Made by a program: the position numbers and the translations under genes. The notes under the pieces are model-generated. The model saw only the letters and a list, made by a program, of their open reading frames with translations, ran no database searches and was not told where the DNA came from. From contig JAZQAZ010000019.1 of the NCBI GenBank assembly GCA_045545475.1, positions 12,169 through 76,168 of the forward strand: a stretch of 64,000 nucleotides of DNA. The letters are read 5' to 3'. Source of the stretch: Clostridia bacterium (GTDB lineage Bacteria > Bacillota > Clostridia > CAKSNL01 > HGM11501). Shown in pieces: positions 48,516 through 58,214 of the stretch. The stretch's first letter is position 1; each line of letters begins with the position of its first letter.

Positions 48516-49326
48516 ATATTTTGATGCAAAACGGCTGTCTTTTTTTGTAGTAATAATATTCTGAGAAACCAATTGCTTTCAGTTTTTCTTTAGTTTCGCT
48601 GAAAGCTTTTCCGACATTTTGTGCTATATGAGCATCGCTGCCTAAGGTTATAAGTCTTCCGCCCATATTATAATACATTTCAACAACATTTAGCGGAGGC
48701 ATATATTCACTGTAAAATGAGTAAAGTCCGGAGGTGTTTATTTCAAGGGCGATATTTCTTTTTATGATTGCAAATAAGATTTTTTCAATTATATCCATAT
48801 GGTTGTTAACGTCAATTCCTTTACCGTATTTGCCATTAATGTATCTCAGCGGACATGTCAGATGAGCAAGGATGTCAATATCGGAGTTTTCAGCTGTATA
48901 TAAAACTTCGGACAAATATTTCCTGAAATAATTATTGAGAAAGTTCGAAGTAAAACCGGAAAAATCAATCAATGAATAAAAGGTGTTCACATCTTCCATT
49001 AAGGTGCAGTGTACCGACCCTATTACAACGTCAAGGTCGGGGAGGGCGAGGATGCTTTTCGTGTAATCTGAATCAAGGAATCCTTCTGCTAGTTCTACTC
49101 CTTTGAAAATGGTGAGTTTATCTCCGTATTTTGCTCTTGCTGCATCAACAGCTTTATGACTGCTTTTTATTCGCTGATACGCGTTGGTCCTTTTGGAACT
49201 TGGTATATCAACGTGATCGGTTATGCATATACCGGAAAGTCCTTTCCTTATAGCATAGGAACAAAGACCGTCAAGATCCTGCATGCAGTCATCCGAGTTA
49301 TCTGTATGGGTATGAGAATCGAACAT
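48514..49326 (-). CDS. PHP-family histidinol-phosphatase-like protein (HisJ/HisK family)
   Basis: DSHTHT, ITDH, GVE, GSVH, AHL, LEINTSG, TLGSDAH. Confidence 0.88.
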   Translation of the reverse strand: MFDSHTHTDNSDDCMQDLDGLCSYAIRKGLSGICITDHVDIPSSKRTNAYQRIKSSHKAVDAARAKYGDKLTIFKGVELAEGFLDSDYTKSILALPDLDVVIGSVHCTLMEDVNTFYSLIDFSGFTSNFLNNYFRKYLSEVLYTAENSDIDILAHLTCPLRYINGKYGKGIDVNNHMDIIEKILFAIIKRNIALEINTSGLYSFYSEYMPPLNVVEMYYNMGGRLITLGSDAHIAQNVGKAFSETKEKLKAIGFSEYYYYKKRQPFCIKI

Positions 49327-49354
49327 ATAAACGCCACCTTTCTAATGTTGATTT

Positions 49355-49383
49355 ATTTTATCACATTAAGGCTTTTTTATCAA
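49355..49383 (-). promoter_or_regulatory. sigma-A promoter of the PHP gene
   Basis: Minus strand TTGATA-17-TAAAAT with TG extension; RBS AAAGGTGG downstream. Confidence 0.65.
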
Positions 49384-49407
49384 GTTATATTTCGTCTTTA
49401 CACATTC

Positions 49408-49899
49408 ATTCCAATGATAATCGGAGAGATAAGGAGGTATTTAAGAGATTATAACACAATTAGAGTGAGTCGCTCTGTAAGGGATCTTGCATATAAAGTG
49501 ATTGCGGTCAGAGAAAAACTTTCCAACGAAAAACAAACTGAAGTCACTAACGAAGATATTGCAAAAGTCCTTGAGGTAGAAAAAAAGGATGTTGATATGG
49601 CTCTTGATGCAATCGCTGATCCGGTTTCGATTTTCGACCCGGTTTATCACGATGGAGGAGATGCAGTATATCTTATGGATCAGATATCCGATGAAAAGAA
49701 TACGGATGAAAACTGGACGGAATCCATAGCTCTTTCGGAAGCTATGAAAAAGCTTGGGGAAAGAGAAAAAAAGATATTGAAGCTTCGCTTTTTTGAAGGG
49801 AAAACGCAAATGGAAGTGGCTGAAGAAGTGGGAATAAGCCAAGCTCAGGTGTCGCGTCTCGAAAAGAGTGCGATTGATATTATGAGAAGAAATATTTGA
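49408..49899 (+). pseudogene. sigG: 3' part of forespore sigma factor SigG (split or 5'-truncated gene)
   Basis: PMIIGEIRRYLRD..IRVSRS.RDLAYK..ALDAI.DPVS..DGGD..MDQISDE..GKTQMEVAEE.GISQAQVSRLEK is SigG-specific; roughly 95 N-terminal residues absent; no RBS before ATG 49414. Confidence 0.85.
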
Positions 49900-49945
49900 A
49901 AAGAAAAATATTGTCAGAATATATTAATCTAAAGTAAAATAGTCT

Positions 49946-49974
49946 TTGACAAATTATGGGGTTTGTGCTATAAT
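49946..49974 (+). promoter_or_regulatory. Consensus sigma-A promoter of lysA-scpAB
   Basis: TTGACA-17-TATAAT with TG extension. Confidence 0.8.
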
Positions 49975-50013
49975 TTACTAGTGAGAATTTGTTCAATTGA
50001 GGAGTAGACAATT

Positions 50014-51303
50014 ATGTTTGGCGATTATGAAGTAAGAAACGGACATTTATATATTTCAGGAGCTGATACAGTCAGTCTTGCCCGTAAATACGGCACACCG
50101 CTTTATGTGATGAGTGAAGATGTGGTGAGAGCATCTTGCCGAGAACTAAAAGGAGCACTTGATAAGTATTATGATTCTTGCGGGATGATTACCTATGCGT
50201 CGAAAGCAATGTGCATTAAAGAAATGTGCAGAATCGTTTCTTCGGAAGGTCTTGGTATAGATTGTGTATCCGGTGGAGAACTCTACACAGCCAAAGAAGC
50301 CGGAGTTGCCATGGAAAAAATCCACTATCACGGAAACAATAAAACTGATGAAGAAATAAAATTCGGCCTTTCAATGGGCGTTGGAAAGTTCATCGTAGAC
50401 AGCGAGGAAGAGCTTATAAAAATAAACCGCTTTGCAAAAGAAAAAGGAATGGTGCAGAAAATACTCATTCGTGTAACACCGGGAGTTGACGCACATACCC
50501 ACGATTTTATAAAGACAGGTCAGATTGATTCAAAATTCGGCTTCGCAATCGAAACGGGTGCTGCTGAAGAAATTTGTAAAAAGGCCCTGACTCTCGAAAA
50601 TGTTCATCTTAGCGGTTTTCATTGTCATATTGGCTCACAAATTTTTGAAAAAGAACCGTTTGTAGAAACTGCCGAAATAATGCTTGATTTTATAAACGAT
50701 ATGGAAAATAAATACGGAAAAGCGTTTACAAATCTTGTACTAGGCGGAGGATTTGGAATTAAATATACCGAAGAGGATAATCCCTTACCTTTTGATGAAA
50801 TATTGAAACCCGTTCTTTGTTATATAAAGGAGCGCAGAGTAAAAGAGGGCAAGGATCTTATAAGACTCGGTTTTGAACCAGGAAGAAGCATAGCAGGGCC
50901 TGCGGGAGTTACTCTTTATACAGTCGGCAGTGTGAAAGAAATTCCCAATATCCGTACTTATGTTTCTGTTGACGGAGGAATGGGGGATAATCCGAGATAT
51001 ATTTTATATCAGGCAAAATATGAATTTCTTATTGCAGAAAGAGCGGACCAGGCCAAAGAAAAAACAGTCTCCGTATGTGGCAAATGCTGTGAATCAGGAG
51101 ATATGCTTGGTGAAAACGTACCGCTCGGAGAGGTTTCGGAAGGCGATATATTAGCCGTTAAAGCTACAGGTGCTTATAATTATTCTATGGCCAGCAACTA
51201 CAACAGGATTCCACGTCCTCCGGTTGTATTTATAAAAAACGGCGAAGACAGACTTTGTGTAAAGAGAGAAACTTACGAAGATTTAATTAAACTTGATATA
51301 TAA
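50014..51303 (+). CDS. lysA: Diaminopimelate decarboxylase
   Basis: YGTPLYV, YASKA, SGGE, HGNNK, SKFG, HCHIGSQ, EPGRS, CESGD, GAYNYSMASNYN. Confidence 0.96.
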   Translation: MFGDYEVRNGHLYISGADTVSLARKYGTPLYVMSEDVVRASCRELKGALDKYYDSCGMITYASKAMCIKEMCRIVSSEGLGIDCVSGGELYTAKEAGVAMEKIHYHGNNKTDEEIKFGLSMGVGKFIVDSEEELIKINRFAKEKGMVQKILIRVTPGVDAHTHDFIKTGQIDSKFGFAIETGAAEEICKKALTLENVHLSGFHCHIGSQIFEKEPFVETAEIMLDFINDMENKYGKAFTNLVLGGGFGIKYTEEDNPLPFDEILKPVLCYIKERRVKEGKDLIRLGFEPGRSIAGPAGVTLYTVGSVKEIPNIRTYVSVDGGMGDNPRYILYQAKYEFLIAERADQAKEKTVSVCGKCCESGDMLGENVPLGEVSEGDILAVKATGAYNYSMASNYNRIPRPPVVFIKNGEDRLCVKRETYEDLIKLDI

Positions 51304-51324
51304 GGCGATAGCCTTTTAGAGGAG

Positions 51325-52047
51325 GTGTTAAAAACGGAGGAGGTAATTTTTAAAACTGAAGAATTTGAAGGTCCTCTCGATCTGCTTTTACACCTTATCA
51401 GCAAGAATAAATTAAGTATCGTTGATGTTTCCCTTGCAAAAATAACCGATCAGTATTTCTCTTATATAGAACAGTGGAAGAATGAAAATATAGAGTTCTC
51501 AAGTGAATTTTTGGTTGTGGCGTCGGAACTTCTCTATATTAAATCTAAATTCTTACTTCCACGTCACGAAGAGGAAGAGGCAAATCCGGAAGATGAAGAA
51601 CAAAACCTTCTTGCACGACTTAAAGAATATAAACTCTTTAAATATACTGCCACAAAAATCGGTGACAGACAATTTGAGTCAAAATATCTTTTCTTCCGTT
51701 TGGCAGAAGCTTTGAAATTCAAAGCTAAACCTATGAAAAAAATGCCTAAGGAAAAACTATTATCGGCACTTTATGGCTTGGCAGAAAGAAAGGCATCGTT
51801 GCTTCCACCCGGAAAAGAAACCCTTAAAGATGCTATAGTGAAAAAACCTGTAAGCATTTTTGCTAAAGTTAAAGATATTTTACGAAGCATTAAGAAAAAA
51901 ACAAAGCTTAAATATAAGGAACTCTTTAAGGGTACGAGAAGCGACAAAGTTGCTTCATTCCTTGCTCTTTTGGAGTTGATTAAATTAAGTCGTGTTAAAT
52001 TTGATGGCGAAGGTGACGATATTACAATCACACACGTAAAGAGGTGA
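51325..52047 (+). CDS. scpA: Segregation and condensation protein A
   Basis: FEGPLDLLLHLI..ITDQY..FLALLEL. Confidence 0.93.
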   Translation: MLKTEEVIFKTEEFEGPLDLLLHLISKNKLSIVDVSLAKITDQYFSYIEQWKNENIEFSSEFLVVASELLYIKSKFLLPRHEEEEANPEDEEQNLLARLKEYKLFKYTATKIGDRQFESKYLFFRLAEALKFKAKPMKKMPKEKLLSALYGLAERKASLLPPGKETLKDAIVKKPVSIFAKVKDILRSIKKKTKLKYKELFKGTRSDKVASFLALLELIKLSRVKFDGEGDDITITHVKR

Positions 52048-52052
52048 AGGCG

Positions 52053-52622
52053 ATGAACGAAAAAGAAAAACTTGCAGCTTTTGAGGCAATATTGTTTGCT
52101 TCGGGAGAGAGTGTCCCAAGAGAAGCTATAGCAGAATCCCTGGAAATAAGCGAAAGCGAAGTTGAAGAACTGTATATAAAGCTCGCAGAAAAATATAAAG
52201 ATGGGGGTATTTCTGTTATAAAGCTTGATACTGATTATCAGCTTACTACAAAGAAAGAATATTACGAGTATGTAAGAAAAGTAACAGAGCCAAAGCGTAA
52301 CACCCCACTTTCAAATGCTGCTTTAGAAGCTTTATCTATAATCGCCTATAAGCAACCTGTAACCAGAAGTCAGGTGGATTATATACGAGGAGTTGACAGT
52401 TCAAGCTCAATGAGCAGGCTTATAAACTGCGGGCTTATTGAAGCTATCGGCGTATCAGATGCTCCGGGTAGGCCTTCTCTTTACGCAACCACAAAAGAGT
52501 TTTTAAGAGTATTCGGACTCGAAAGTCTTGAAGATCTGCCGGACATCGGAATGCTGGAACGTGAAATTGAGCTGGAGGAAAGCGAACAGCTTACAATTGA
52601 CACAGAAGAAACGGAAGAATAA
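52053..52622 (+). CDS. scpB: Segregation and condensation protein B
   Basis: EAILFASG, LSNAALEALSIIAYKQPVTR..IRGV, GRPSLYATT..FL..FGL. Confidence 0.95.
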   Translation: MNEKEKLAAFEAILFASGESVPREAIAESLEISESEVEELYIKLAEKYKDGGISVIKLDTDYQLTTKKEYYEYVRKVTEPKRNTPLSNAALEALSIIAYKQPVTRSQVDYIRGVDSSSSMSRLINCGLIEAIGVSDAPGRPSLYATTKEFLRVFGLESLEDLPDIGMLEREIELEESEQLTIDTEETEE

Positions 52623-52676
52623 TATAAAGGTTGTGTTAGTCTGATTATCGGAATTATTATAGCAATTATACTGTCG

Positions 52677-53201
52677 GTGTGTGTAATTGCAACATATACA
52701 CCTATAAGGTTATGCTTTTCGTATAAGAATGAAAAATTCGAAATATCTTTGAATTTTTTGAAAATAAAGATTAAACTCCCTTTTAAGAAAAAGAAGCATT
52801 CGGAAAATAAAAAGAAAATCAAAAAGAAAAAATCTGAGAAAAAGGACGAATTCAGTGCCTTTCAAAACTTTTTGGCAATACTTCAGGCGTTCTATGATAC
52901 ATCAATTTCTATAAGAAAAACAATTATTGTTGAAAAACTTGATTTCGATGCACTGTTTGGAAGTACAGATGCTGCATTCACTGGCATGGCCGTAGGATTT
53001 GCATATGCTGAAATTTATAAACTTATTGGTTTTTTAAGTACAATTTTCACGGTAAAAAAGCCTAACTTTACAATTAAACCGGTGTTTAATGACGAATCGG
53101 TGTTTGATATTGAAGGAGAAGGCATAATCAAAACAAAAGCGGCACATATTATTTCTACGGCAATTAAATTTTATTTTAATTATAAAAAAGCTATAAAATG
53201 A
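52677..53201 (+). CDS. YtfI/DUF2953-like membrane protein (start may lie further upstream)
   Basis: FGSTDAAFTG..G motif, Lys-rich linker, position upstream of ytfJ. Confidence 0.65.
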   Translation: MCVIATYTPIRLCFSYKNEKFEISLNFLKIKIKLPFKKKKHSENKKKIKKKKSEKKDEFSAFQNFLAILQAFYDTSISIRKTIIVEKLDFDALFGSTDAAFTGMAVGFAYAEIYKLIGFLSTIFTVKKPNFTIKPVFNDESVFDIEGEGIIKTKAAHIISTAIKFYFNYKKAIK

Positions 53202-53215
53202 AAGGATTGATTATA

Positions 53216-53623
53216 ATGACACACCCCATTCAAGGTTTAATGGAAGCTTCAATGAAAAACATCAAGGAAATGATAGACGTTAATACAATAATCGGAGAGC
53301 CTGTTCAGACTCCTGACGGAACAACAATTATACCTGTTTCAAAGGTTGCTTTCGGATTTGGTGCCGGCGGCTCTGATATCCCTGTTAAAGGTGGCTCAGG
53401 GGCTGCAGAAACTCCGTTTGGAGGTGGTAGTGGTGCCGGTGTTTCTATTAAGCCGGTAGGTTTTTTGGTTGTTGGTACTGACCAAATCAAATTACTTCCT
53501 ATTGATACAGCTGCTTCAACTCCGGTGGACAAGCTTTTGGAATTTATACCCCAAATGATAGACAAGGTAAATAATATAGTAAAGGAAAAAAAGGATAAAA
53601 AAGAAAATACAACTGAACTTTGA
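53216..53623 (+). CDS. ytfJ: Sporulation/germination protein YtfJ (GerW family)
   Basis: HPIQGLM..M.NIKEMIDVNTIIGEP..IIPVSKVAFGFGAGGSD..FGGGSGAGVSI.PVGFLVV. Confidence 0.93.
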   Translation: MTHPIQGLMEASMKNIKEMIDVNTIIGEPVQTPDGTTIIPVSKVAFGFGAGGSDIPVKGGSGAAETPFGGGSGAGVSIKPVGFLVVGTDQIKLLPIDTAASTPVDKLLEFIPQMIDKVNNIVKEKKDKKENTTEL

Positions 53624-53631
53624 TTTTTGAT

Positions 53632-53659
53632 TAATAAACGATTGGCCTGTTCATATAAT
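53632..53659 (+). promoter_or_regulatory. Possible sigma-E-type promoter of dacB
   Basis: ATA..15 bp..CATATAAT resembles the sigma-E consensus; B. subtilis dacB is sigma-E controlled. Confidence 0.35.
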
Positions 53660-53680
53660 ATTTTAGGCAGGTGAATCGTA

Positions 53681-54814
53681 TTGAGGAAATCATTAGTATT
53701 GTTTTTAGTATTTTTGTGCACTCTTTTTCCGATAAAGACTAATTCTTCTTTGAATATTTCGGCAAAGTCTGCGGTATTGATAGACACTGAGACCGGAAGA
53801 ATAATTTATGAAAAAAATGCTGATGAAAGATTGGCGATGGCCAGTACTACAAAAATAATCACAGCAATTACTGCGATTAAATACGGAAACCTTTCCGATG
53901 TTGTGACAGTATCATTGAATGCGGCAACAACGGAAGGGTCTTCGGTTTGGCTTTCAGAAGGCGAAAAACTTAGCCTTTCGGATCTTTTGTATGCAATGAT
54001 GCTTGAATCAGGAAACGATGCTTCTGTTGCAGTCGCTGAACATGTCGGCGGAGATGTGGATAGCTTTGCAAAACTTATGAATATAACATGCAAGGAAGCG
54101 GGGGCTTTTTCTACAAATTGTATAACGCCAAGTGGACTTGATGACGATATGCACTATACTACTGCTAAAGATATGGCGAAAATAGCAAGATTTGCTATGA
54201 AAAACAAAACCTTCAGAGAAATTGTTTCTACATATCAAGCTACAATTCCGTGGGAAGGAAACAGCTGGGGAAGAACACTGGTTAATCATAACAAACTACT
54301 TTCTGTTTATGATGGTGCAAATGGGATTAAAACAGGTTATACAAAAAAGTCAGGGAGATGTCTGGTATCAAGTGCCACAAAAGATGGATGGAGCCTTATC
54401 GCCGTTACCCTAAATGCGTCAGATGACTGGAACGATCATACAAAGATGTTGGATTATGCTTTTGAAGGATTCAAAGAAACAGAATTATTGACAAAAGAAA
54501 ATTCTCCTTTGGGAGAGATAAATATCATCGGGTCTAAAAAACGGAAAGTTAAATTCGGAACTAATGAATCAGTAAGCGTAAGAAAAATCCCCGGAAGTTT
54601 CGATTACAAGCTTAAATATAATGTTGCTGAAAAAATTTACGCACCAATAAAATACGGTGAAAAAGTCGGTAGTGCGGACATTTTGTTCGGAAGCGATTAT
54701 TATAAAACAATACCGCTTTACGCCCTTGAGGAAGCAAATAAAGACGACAAAAAATACATTTTTAAGGAAAATTATAAAATATTGCTTAAAACATTACTTT
54801 ATTTAGTGAGGTAA
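53681..54814 (+). CDS. dacB: D-alanyl-D-alanine carboxypeptidase (DacB-like)
   Basis: MASTTK (SxxK), SGN, KTG; adjacent to ytfJ and rluB. Confidence 0.8.
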   Translation: MRKSLVLFLVFLCTLFPIKTNSSLNISAKSAVLIDTETGRIIYEKNADERLAMASTTKIITAITAIKYGNLSDVVTVSLNAATTEGSSVWLSEGEKLSLSDLLYAMMLESGNDASVAVAEHVGGDVDSFAKLMNITCKEAGAFSTNCITPSGLDDDMHYTTAKDMAKIARFAMKNKTFREIVSTYQATIPWEGNSWGRTLVNHNKLLSVYDGANGIKTGYTKKSGRCLVSSATKDGWSLIAVTLNASDDWNDHTKMLDYAFEGFKETELLTKENSPLGEINIIGSKKRKVKFGTNESVSVRKIPGSFDYKLKYNVAEKIYAPIKYGEKVGSADILFGSDYYKTIPLYALEEANKDDKKYIFKENYKILLKTLLYLVR

Positions 54815-54821
54815 GCTTTTT

Positions 54822-55535
54822 ATGCGTTTACAAAAGTTTTTAGCACTTTGCGGTGTAGCATCAAGAAGAAAAGCTGAGGAAATAATAGCTTCGGGAAGAG
54901 TAACTGTAAACGGAATCAAAATAACCGAAATGGGATTTTCGGTTGATGAAACTGAGGATGTTGTTACAGTTGATGGCAAAAAGTTGAAACCGGAAGATAA
55001 TAAGCGCTATATAATTTTAAATAAACCTAAAGGATATATAACCAGCATGAATGATCAGTTTGATAGACCTGATATAACCGCTTTAATTTCAGATGTAAAA
55101 GAAAGGGTATATCCTATCGGACGATTAGATTATGATACAGAGGGGCTTCTTCTCTTAACTAATGACGGAGAGTTTGCAAATGCCGTTGCACACCCCAGTA
55201 AGAGCATAGATAAGGTTTATATAGCAAAGGTTAAAGGAGTTTTTACTGAAGATATTGCGGATAAACTTAGGACAGGAGTTGTAATTGATGGAAAAAGAAC
55301 AGCACCTGCAAAAGTGACCATATTAAAATCGGATGGAAATGTTTCCGAAGTGCGAGTGACGATTCACGAAGGCAGAAACCGCCAGGTAAGAAAAATGTTT
55401 GAGACGGTTTCTTGCAGAGTTTCTGATCTTAAAAGAACAGCGATTGGCGGTTTTATGCTCGGGAATCTTCCTAAAGGCTCATGGAGAGACTTTACAGAAA
55501 GCGAAAAAAAGCTTATAGATAAATATAAAAAATAA
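54822..55535 (+). CDS. rluB: 23S rRNA pseudouridine synthase (RluB-like)
   Basis: RLQKFLA..GVASRR S4 domain, GRLDYDTEGLLLLTNDG, EGRNRQVR. Confidence 0.88.
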   Translation: MRLQKFLALCGVASRRKAEEIIASGRVTVNGIKITEMGFSVDETEDVVTVDGKKLKPEDNKRYIILNKPKGYITSMNDQFDRPDITALISDVKERVYPIGRLDYDTEGLLLLTNDGEFANAVAHPSKSIDKVYIAKVKGVFTEDIADKLRTGVVIDGKRTAPAKVTILKSDGNVSEVRVTIHEGRNRQVRKMFETVSCRVSDLKRTAIGGFMLGNLPKGSWRDFTESEKKLIDKYKK

Positions 55536-55555
55536 TTATACGGAGGGGACGGAAG

Positions 55556-55909
55556 ATGTACAAAATACATCCCGTTGAAGAACAGATAATAGCAAAAAGC
55601 ATTTGCCCTGAACTTTCTGATGGAGAACTCTTGTTTGTAGTTAATGAAGAAGGAAAGTTTACAGGAAAATCCGTTTGCGAGATTATTGATGATTCTATAT
55701 ATATTAAAAAACTTAATGCACCTTATGATGATGCAAGAACTCTTATGTTTCTTAATATGTTAAACTACGCTGAAAGACGCAAAATAAAAAAAGCCGTATG
55801 TCTTAATAATGAACTTATTGATTTATGCAAGCGATACGGCTTTGATGAAAATATGACAGTGAACCTCGAGGGATTTTTTGCTCCCGGGGCACATTGCAAT
55901 CACGAATAG
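55556..55909 (+). CDS. Hypothetical protein
   Basis: 117-aa ORF with RBS GGAGGGG. Confidence 0.65.
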   Translation: MYKIHPVEEQIIAKSICPELSDGELLFVVNEEGKFTGKSVCEIIDDSIYIKKLNAPYDDARTLMFLNMLNYAERRKIKKAVCLNNELIDLCKRYGFDENMTVNLEGFFAPGAHCNHE

Positions 55910-56001
55910 CAAATAAATTCTTTAAGATCACCTTAAAGAGTATTTGAATAATTCCTAAAATAAAAAGGAAAAAATATACATTATAAACAGGGGGTATTTC
56001 T

Positions 56002-57447
56002 TTGGACAAGCTTCAGGAATTGATCAACCGCAAAAATGCGGTGATGACAGGCAGCGGCGAACCTGAAAACGGAAAATTGTCTGCAAGAGACAGAATCGCT
56101 CATCTTTTTGATGAGGGAAGCTTTATCGAAACAGATATGTTTTCCGGAAGAGAAGGGGATGCGGCAGCTGAGGGGGTTATAACCGGCTACGGTACGGTTG
56201 ACTCAAGATTGGTATTTGTCTATGCTCAGGACGGACTTGCCGGTGGCGGTGCTTTCGGATGTGAACAGGCAAAGAAAATTACAAAAATAATGGATATGGC
56301 ATTAAAGACAGGAGCACCTATTGTTTCCTTACTTGATTCCTGCGGAACAAAGCTTTCTGATGGAGTTGCAGCACTTGGTGCTATGGGAGAAGTTATCTCA
56401 AGAAGCGTTAAGGCATCAGGCTCTATTCTTCAGATTTCTGCTATATTCGGCACCTGTGCAGGTGGAGCGGCATTTACACCCGCAATGGCTGACTTTCTCA
56501 TTATGACCGAGGACAGTGCTATGATGATAAATGGTCCTGCAACCTGTGCAAAAGACGGTGAAATTTTAACTGTGGAAGATATGTGCGGTGCAAAGGTTAA
56601 TGCAACTATAAGCGGAAATGCACATTTCGTAGCATCAACCGATGCTGAAGCTGTTGCTAAAATCCGCGAGCTTATAACTCTTCTTCCCGGAAATGCGGAA
56701 GAAATGGCACCAGAAACAGAGTGTGCTGACGATCTTAACAGAATTTCAGGTCAGCTTGGCTCAATCGGTATGCCTATGGTTGAAATTATCCGTCAGGTTG
56801 CTGATAATTGTGAATTTACAGAAGTTTCTGCATTATATGCTGAAAATGTACTCACAGGATTTATCCGCATCAACGGACGTACCGTTGCAGTTGTTGCTAA
56901 TAACGGAGAGCTTGACTCATCAGCATCAGAAAAAGCAGCTGATTTTATCCGCTTTGCAGACAGCTTCAATCTTCCTGTACTTACATTCTGCGACACAGAC
57001 GGATATAAGGCATCTAAGGAAGAGGAAAAGAACGGACTTGCAAAATATGCAGCCAAGCTTTTATATGCTTACAGCGAAGCAACCGTTCCCAAGGTAACAG
57101 TTATTTGCTCCAAGGCTTGCACAGCATCATCTGTTGCTATGGGCTCAAGAGCAGCCGGTGCAGACTTCGTCGTTGCATGGCCCAACGCAGTTATCGGTGC
57201 TCTTTCTTCCGATATGGCTTCTGTTCTTCTTTATGAAGAAGACCTCAAGGCAGGAATGAGCCGTGATCAGGTAAAGGCTAAGTACGAGGATGAAGCGGCA
57301 AATGCTTTTGAAGCGGCAAAAACCGGATTCATCGACGATGTTATCGAGCCTGATTCCACAAGACCCAGAGTTGCGGCAGCTCTCGAAATGCTTTACACAA
57401 AAAGCGATGTTTCTCCCGTAAAAAAGCACGGAAACTTTTCTTTCTAA
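56002..57447 (+). CDS. Acyl-CoA carboxyltransferase subunit (MmdA/PccB-like, divergent)
   Basis: GKLSARDRI..LFDEGSFIE, GTCAGGAAF, YAYSEATVPK, IDDVIEP..TR, KKHGN. Confidence 0.88.
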   Translation: MDKLQELINRKNAVMTGSGEPENGKLSARDRIAHLFDEGSFIETDMFSGREGDAAAEGVITGYGTVDSRLVFVYAQDGLAGGGAFGCEQAKKITKIMDMALKTGAPIVSLLDSCGTKLSDGVAALGAMGEVISRSVKASGSILQISAIFGTCAGGAAFTPAMADFLIMTEDSAMMINGPATCAKDGEILTVEDMCGAKVNATISGNAHFVASTDAEAVAKIRELITLLPGNAEEMAPETECADDLNRISGQLGSIGMPMVEIIRQVADNCEFTEVSALYAENVLTGFIRINGRTVAVVANNGELDSSASEKAADFIRFADSFNLPVLTFCDTDGYKASKEEEKNGLAKYAAKLLYAYSEATVPKVTVICSKACTASSVAMGSRAAGADFVVAWPNAVIGALSSDMASVLLYEEDLKAGMSRDQVKAKYEDEAANAFEAAKTGFIDDVIEPDSTRPRVAAALEMLYTKSDVSPVKKHGNFSF

Positions 57448-57459
57448 GGAGGGGTTCTG

Positions 57460-57789
57460 ATGACATTAAGTAACGGAAGTACTTTGATAGAGGTTTTATC
57501 TGTAACACTGCTTGGTATACTAATAGTTTTCTCAGCACTTGTAGTATTAATGATAGTGCTTTATCTTATGAAGCTTTTTGCTCCTTCAGAAGAAGGCAAA
57601 AAGGCTGAAAAAGTAAAAGAAACACCGGCACCTAAGATGACAGAAAAGCCTATTGTCAACGACACGGATGATGAAGAGCTTATCGCTGTACTTACAGCGG
57701 CAATTGCGGCATCACTTCAGACATCTGCATATAACTTAAGGATCAAGTCCTATAAGAGAGTTCCTTCCAAGAACTCCAAAAGAGTATAA
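57460..57789 (+). CDS. Na+-decarboxylase OadG/MmdD-type membrane anchor subunit
   Basis: Single N-terminal transmembrane helix, P/A/K linker, DDEELIAVLTAAIAA. Confidence 0.85.
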   Translation: MTLSNGSTLIEVLSVTLLGILIVFSALVVLMIVLYLMKLFAPSEEGKKAEKVKETPAPKMTEKPIVNDTDDEELIAVLTAAIAASLQTSAYNLRIKSYKRVPSKNSKRV

Positions 57790-57810
57790 GAAAGAGAAAG
57801 GATGAACATT

Positions 57811-58200
57811 ATGAAGAAATTTAACATAAAGGTAAACGGAAAAACATATGAGGTAGAGGTTGAAGAGCTCGGCGGAACTCCCGCTGTTTATACAGCACCC
57901 GTTGCACCCGTAGTAGCACCCGCTACTGCTCCTGCAGCTCCTGTTCAGGCAGCTCCTGCGGCTCCTGCAGCATCAGGCACTGCCGGCGCAATAAGCGTAA
58001 ATGCTCCTATGCCCGGAACAATCAATGCAATTAAGGTTAAGGTTGGAGATTCTGTTACAAAGGGACAGGTTTTAGTTGTTCTTGAAGCCATGAAGATGGA
58101 AAACGAAATTATGGCAGACTCTGACGGAACAGTTGCATCTGTTGCTGTTTCCCAGGGACAGACAGTTAATACAGGCGATGTACTTGTAACCCTTAACTAA
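57811..58200 (+). CDS. Biotin carboxyl carrier protein
   Basis: [13 protein letters not shown], Ala/Pro linker, [14 protein letters not shown]. Confidence 0.93.
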   Translation: MKKFNIKVNGKTYEVEVEELGGTPAVYTAPVAPVVAPATAPAAPVQAAPAAPAASGTAGAISVNAPMPGTINAIKVKVGDSVTKGQVLVVLEAMKMENEIMADSDGTVASVAVSQGQTVNTGDVLVTLN

Positions 58201-58214
58201 GGGAGGGGAATAAT

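Noticed and set aside
49156-49407. 247-aa ORF that appears to give sigG a full-length N-terminus
   Set aside because: The extra ~84 codons are the antisense of the PHP gene and its promoter, with no sigma region 1.2/2 similarity and no RBS
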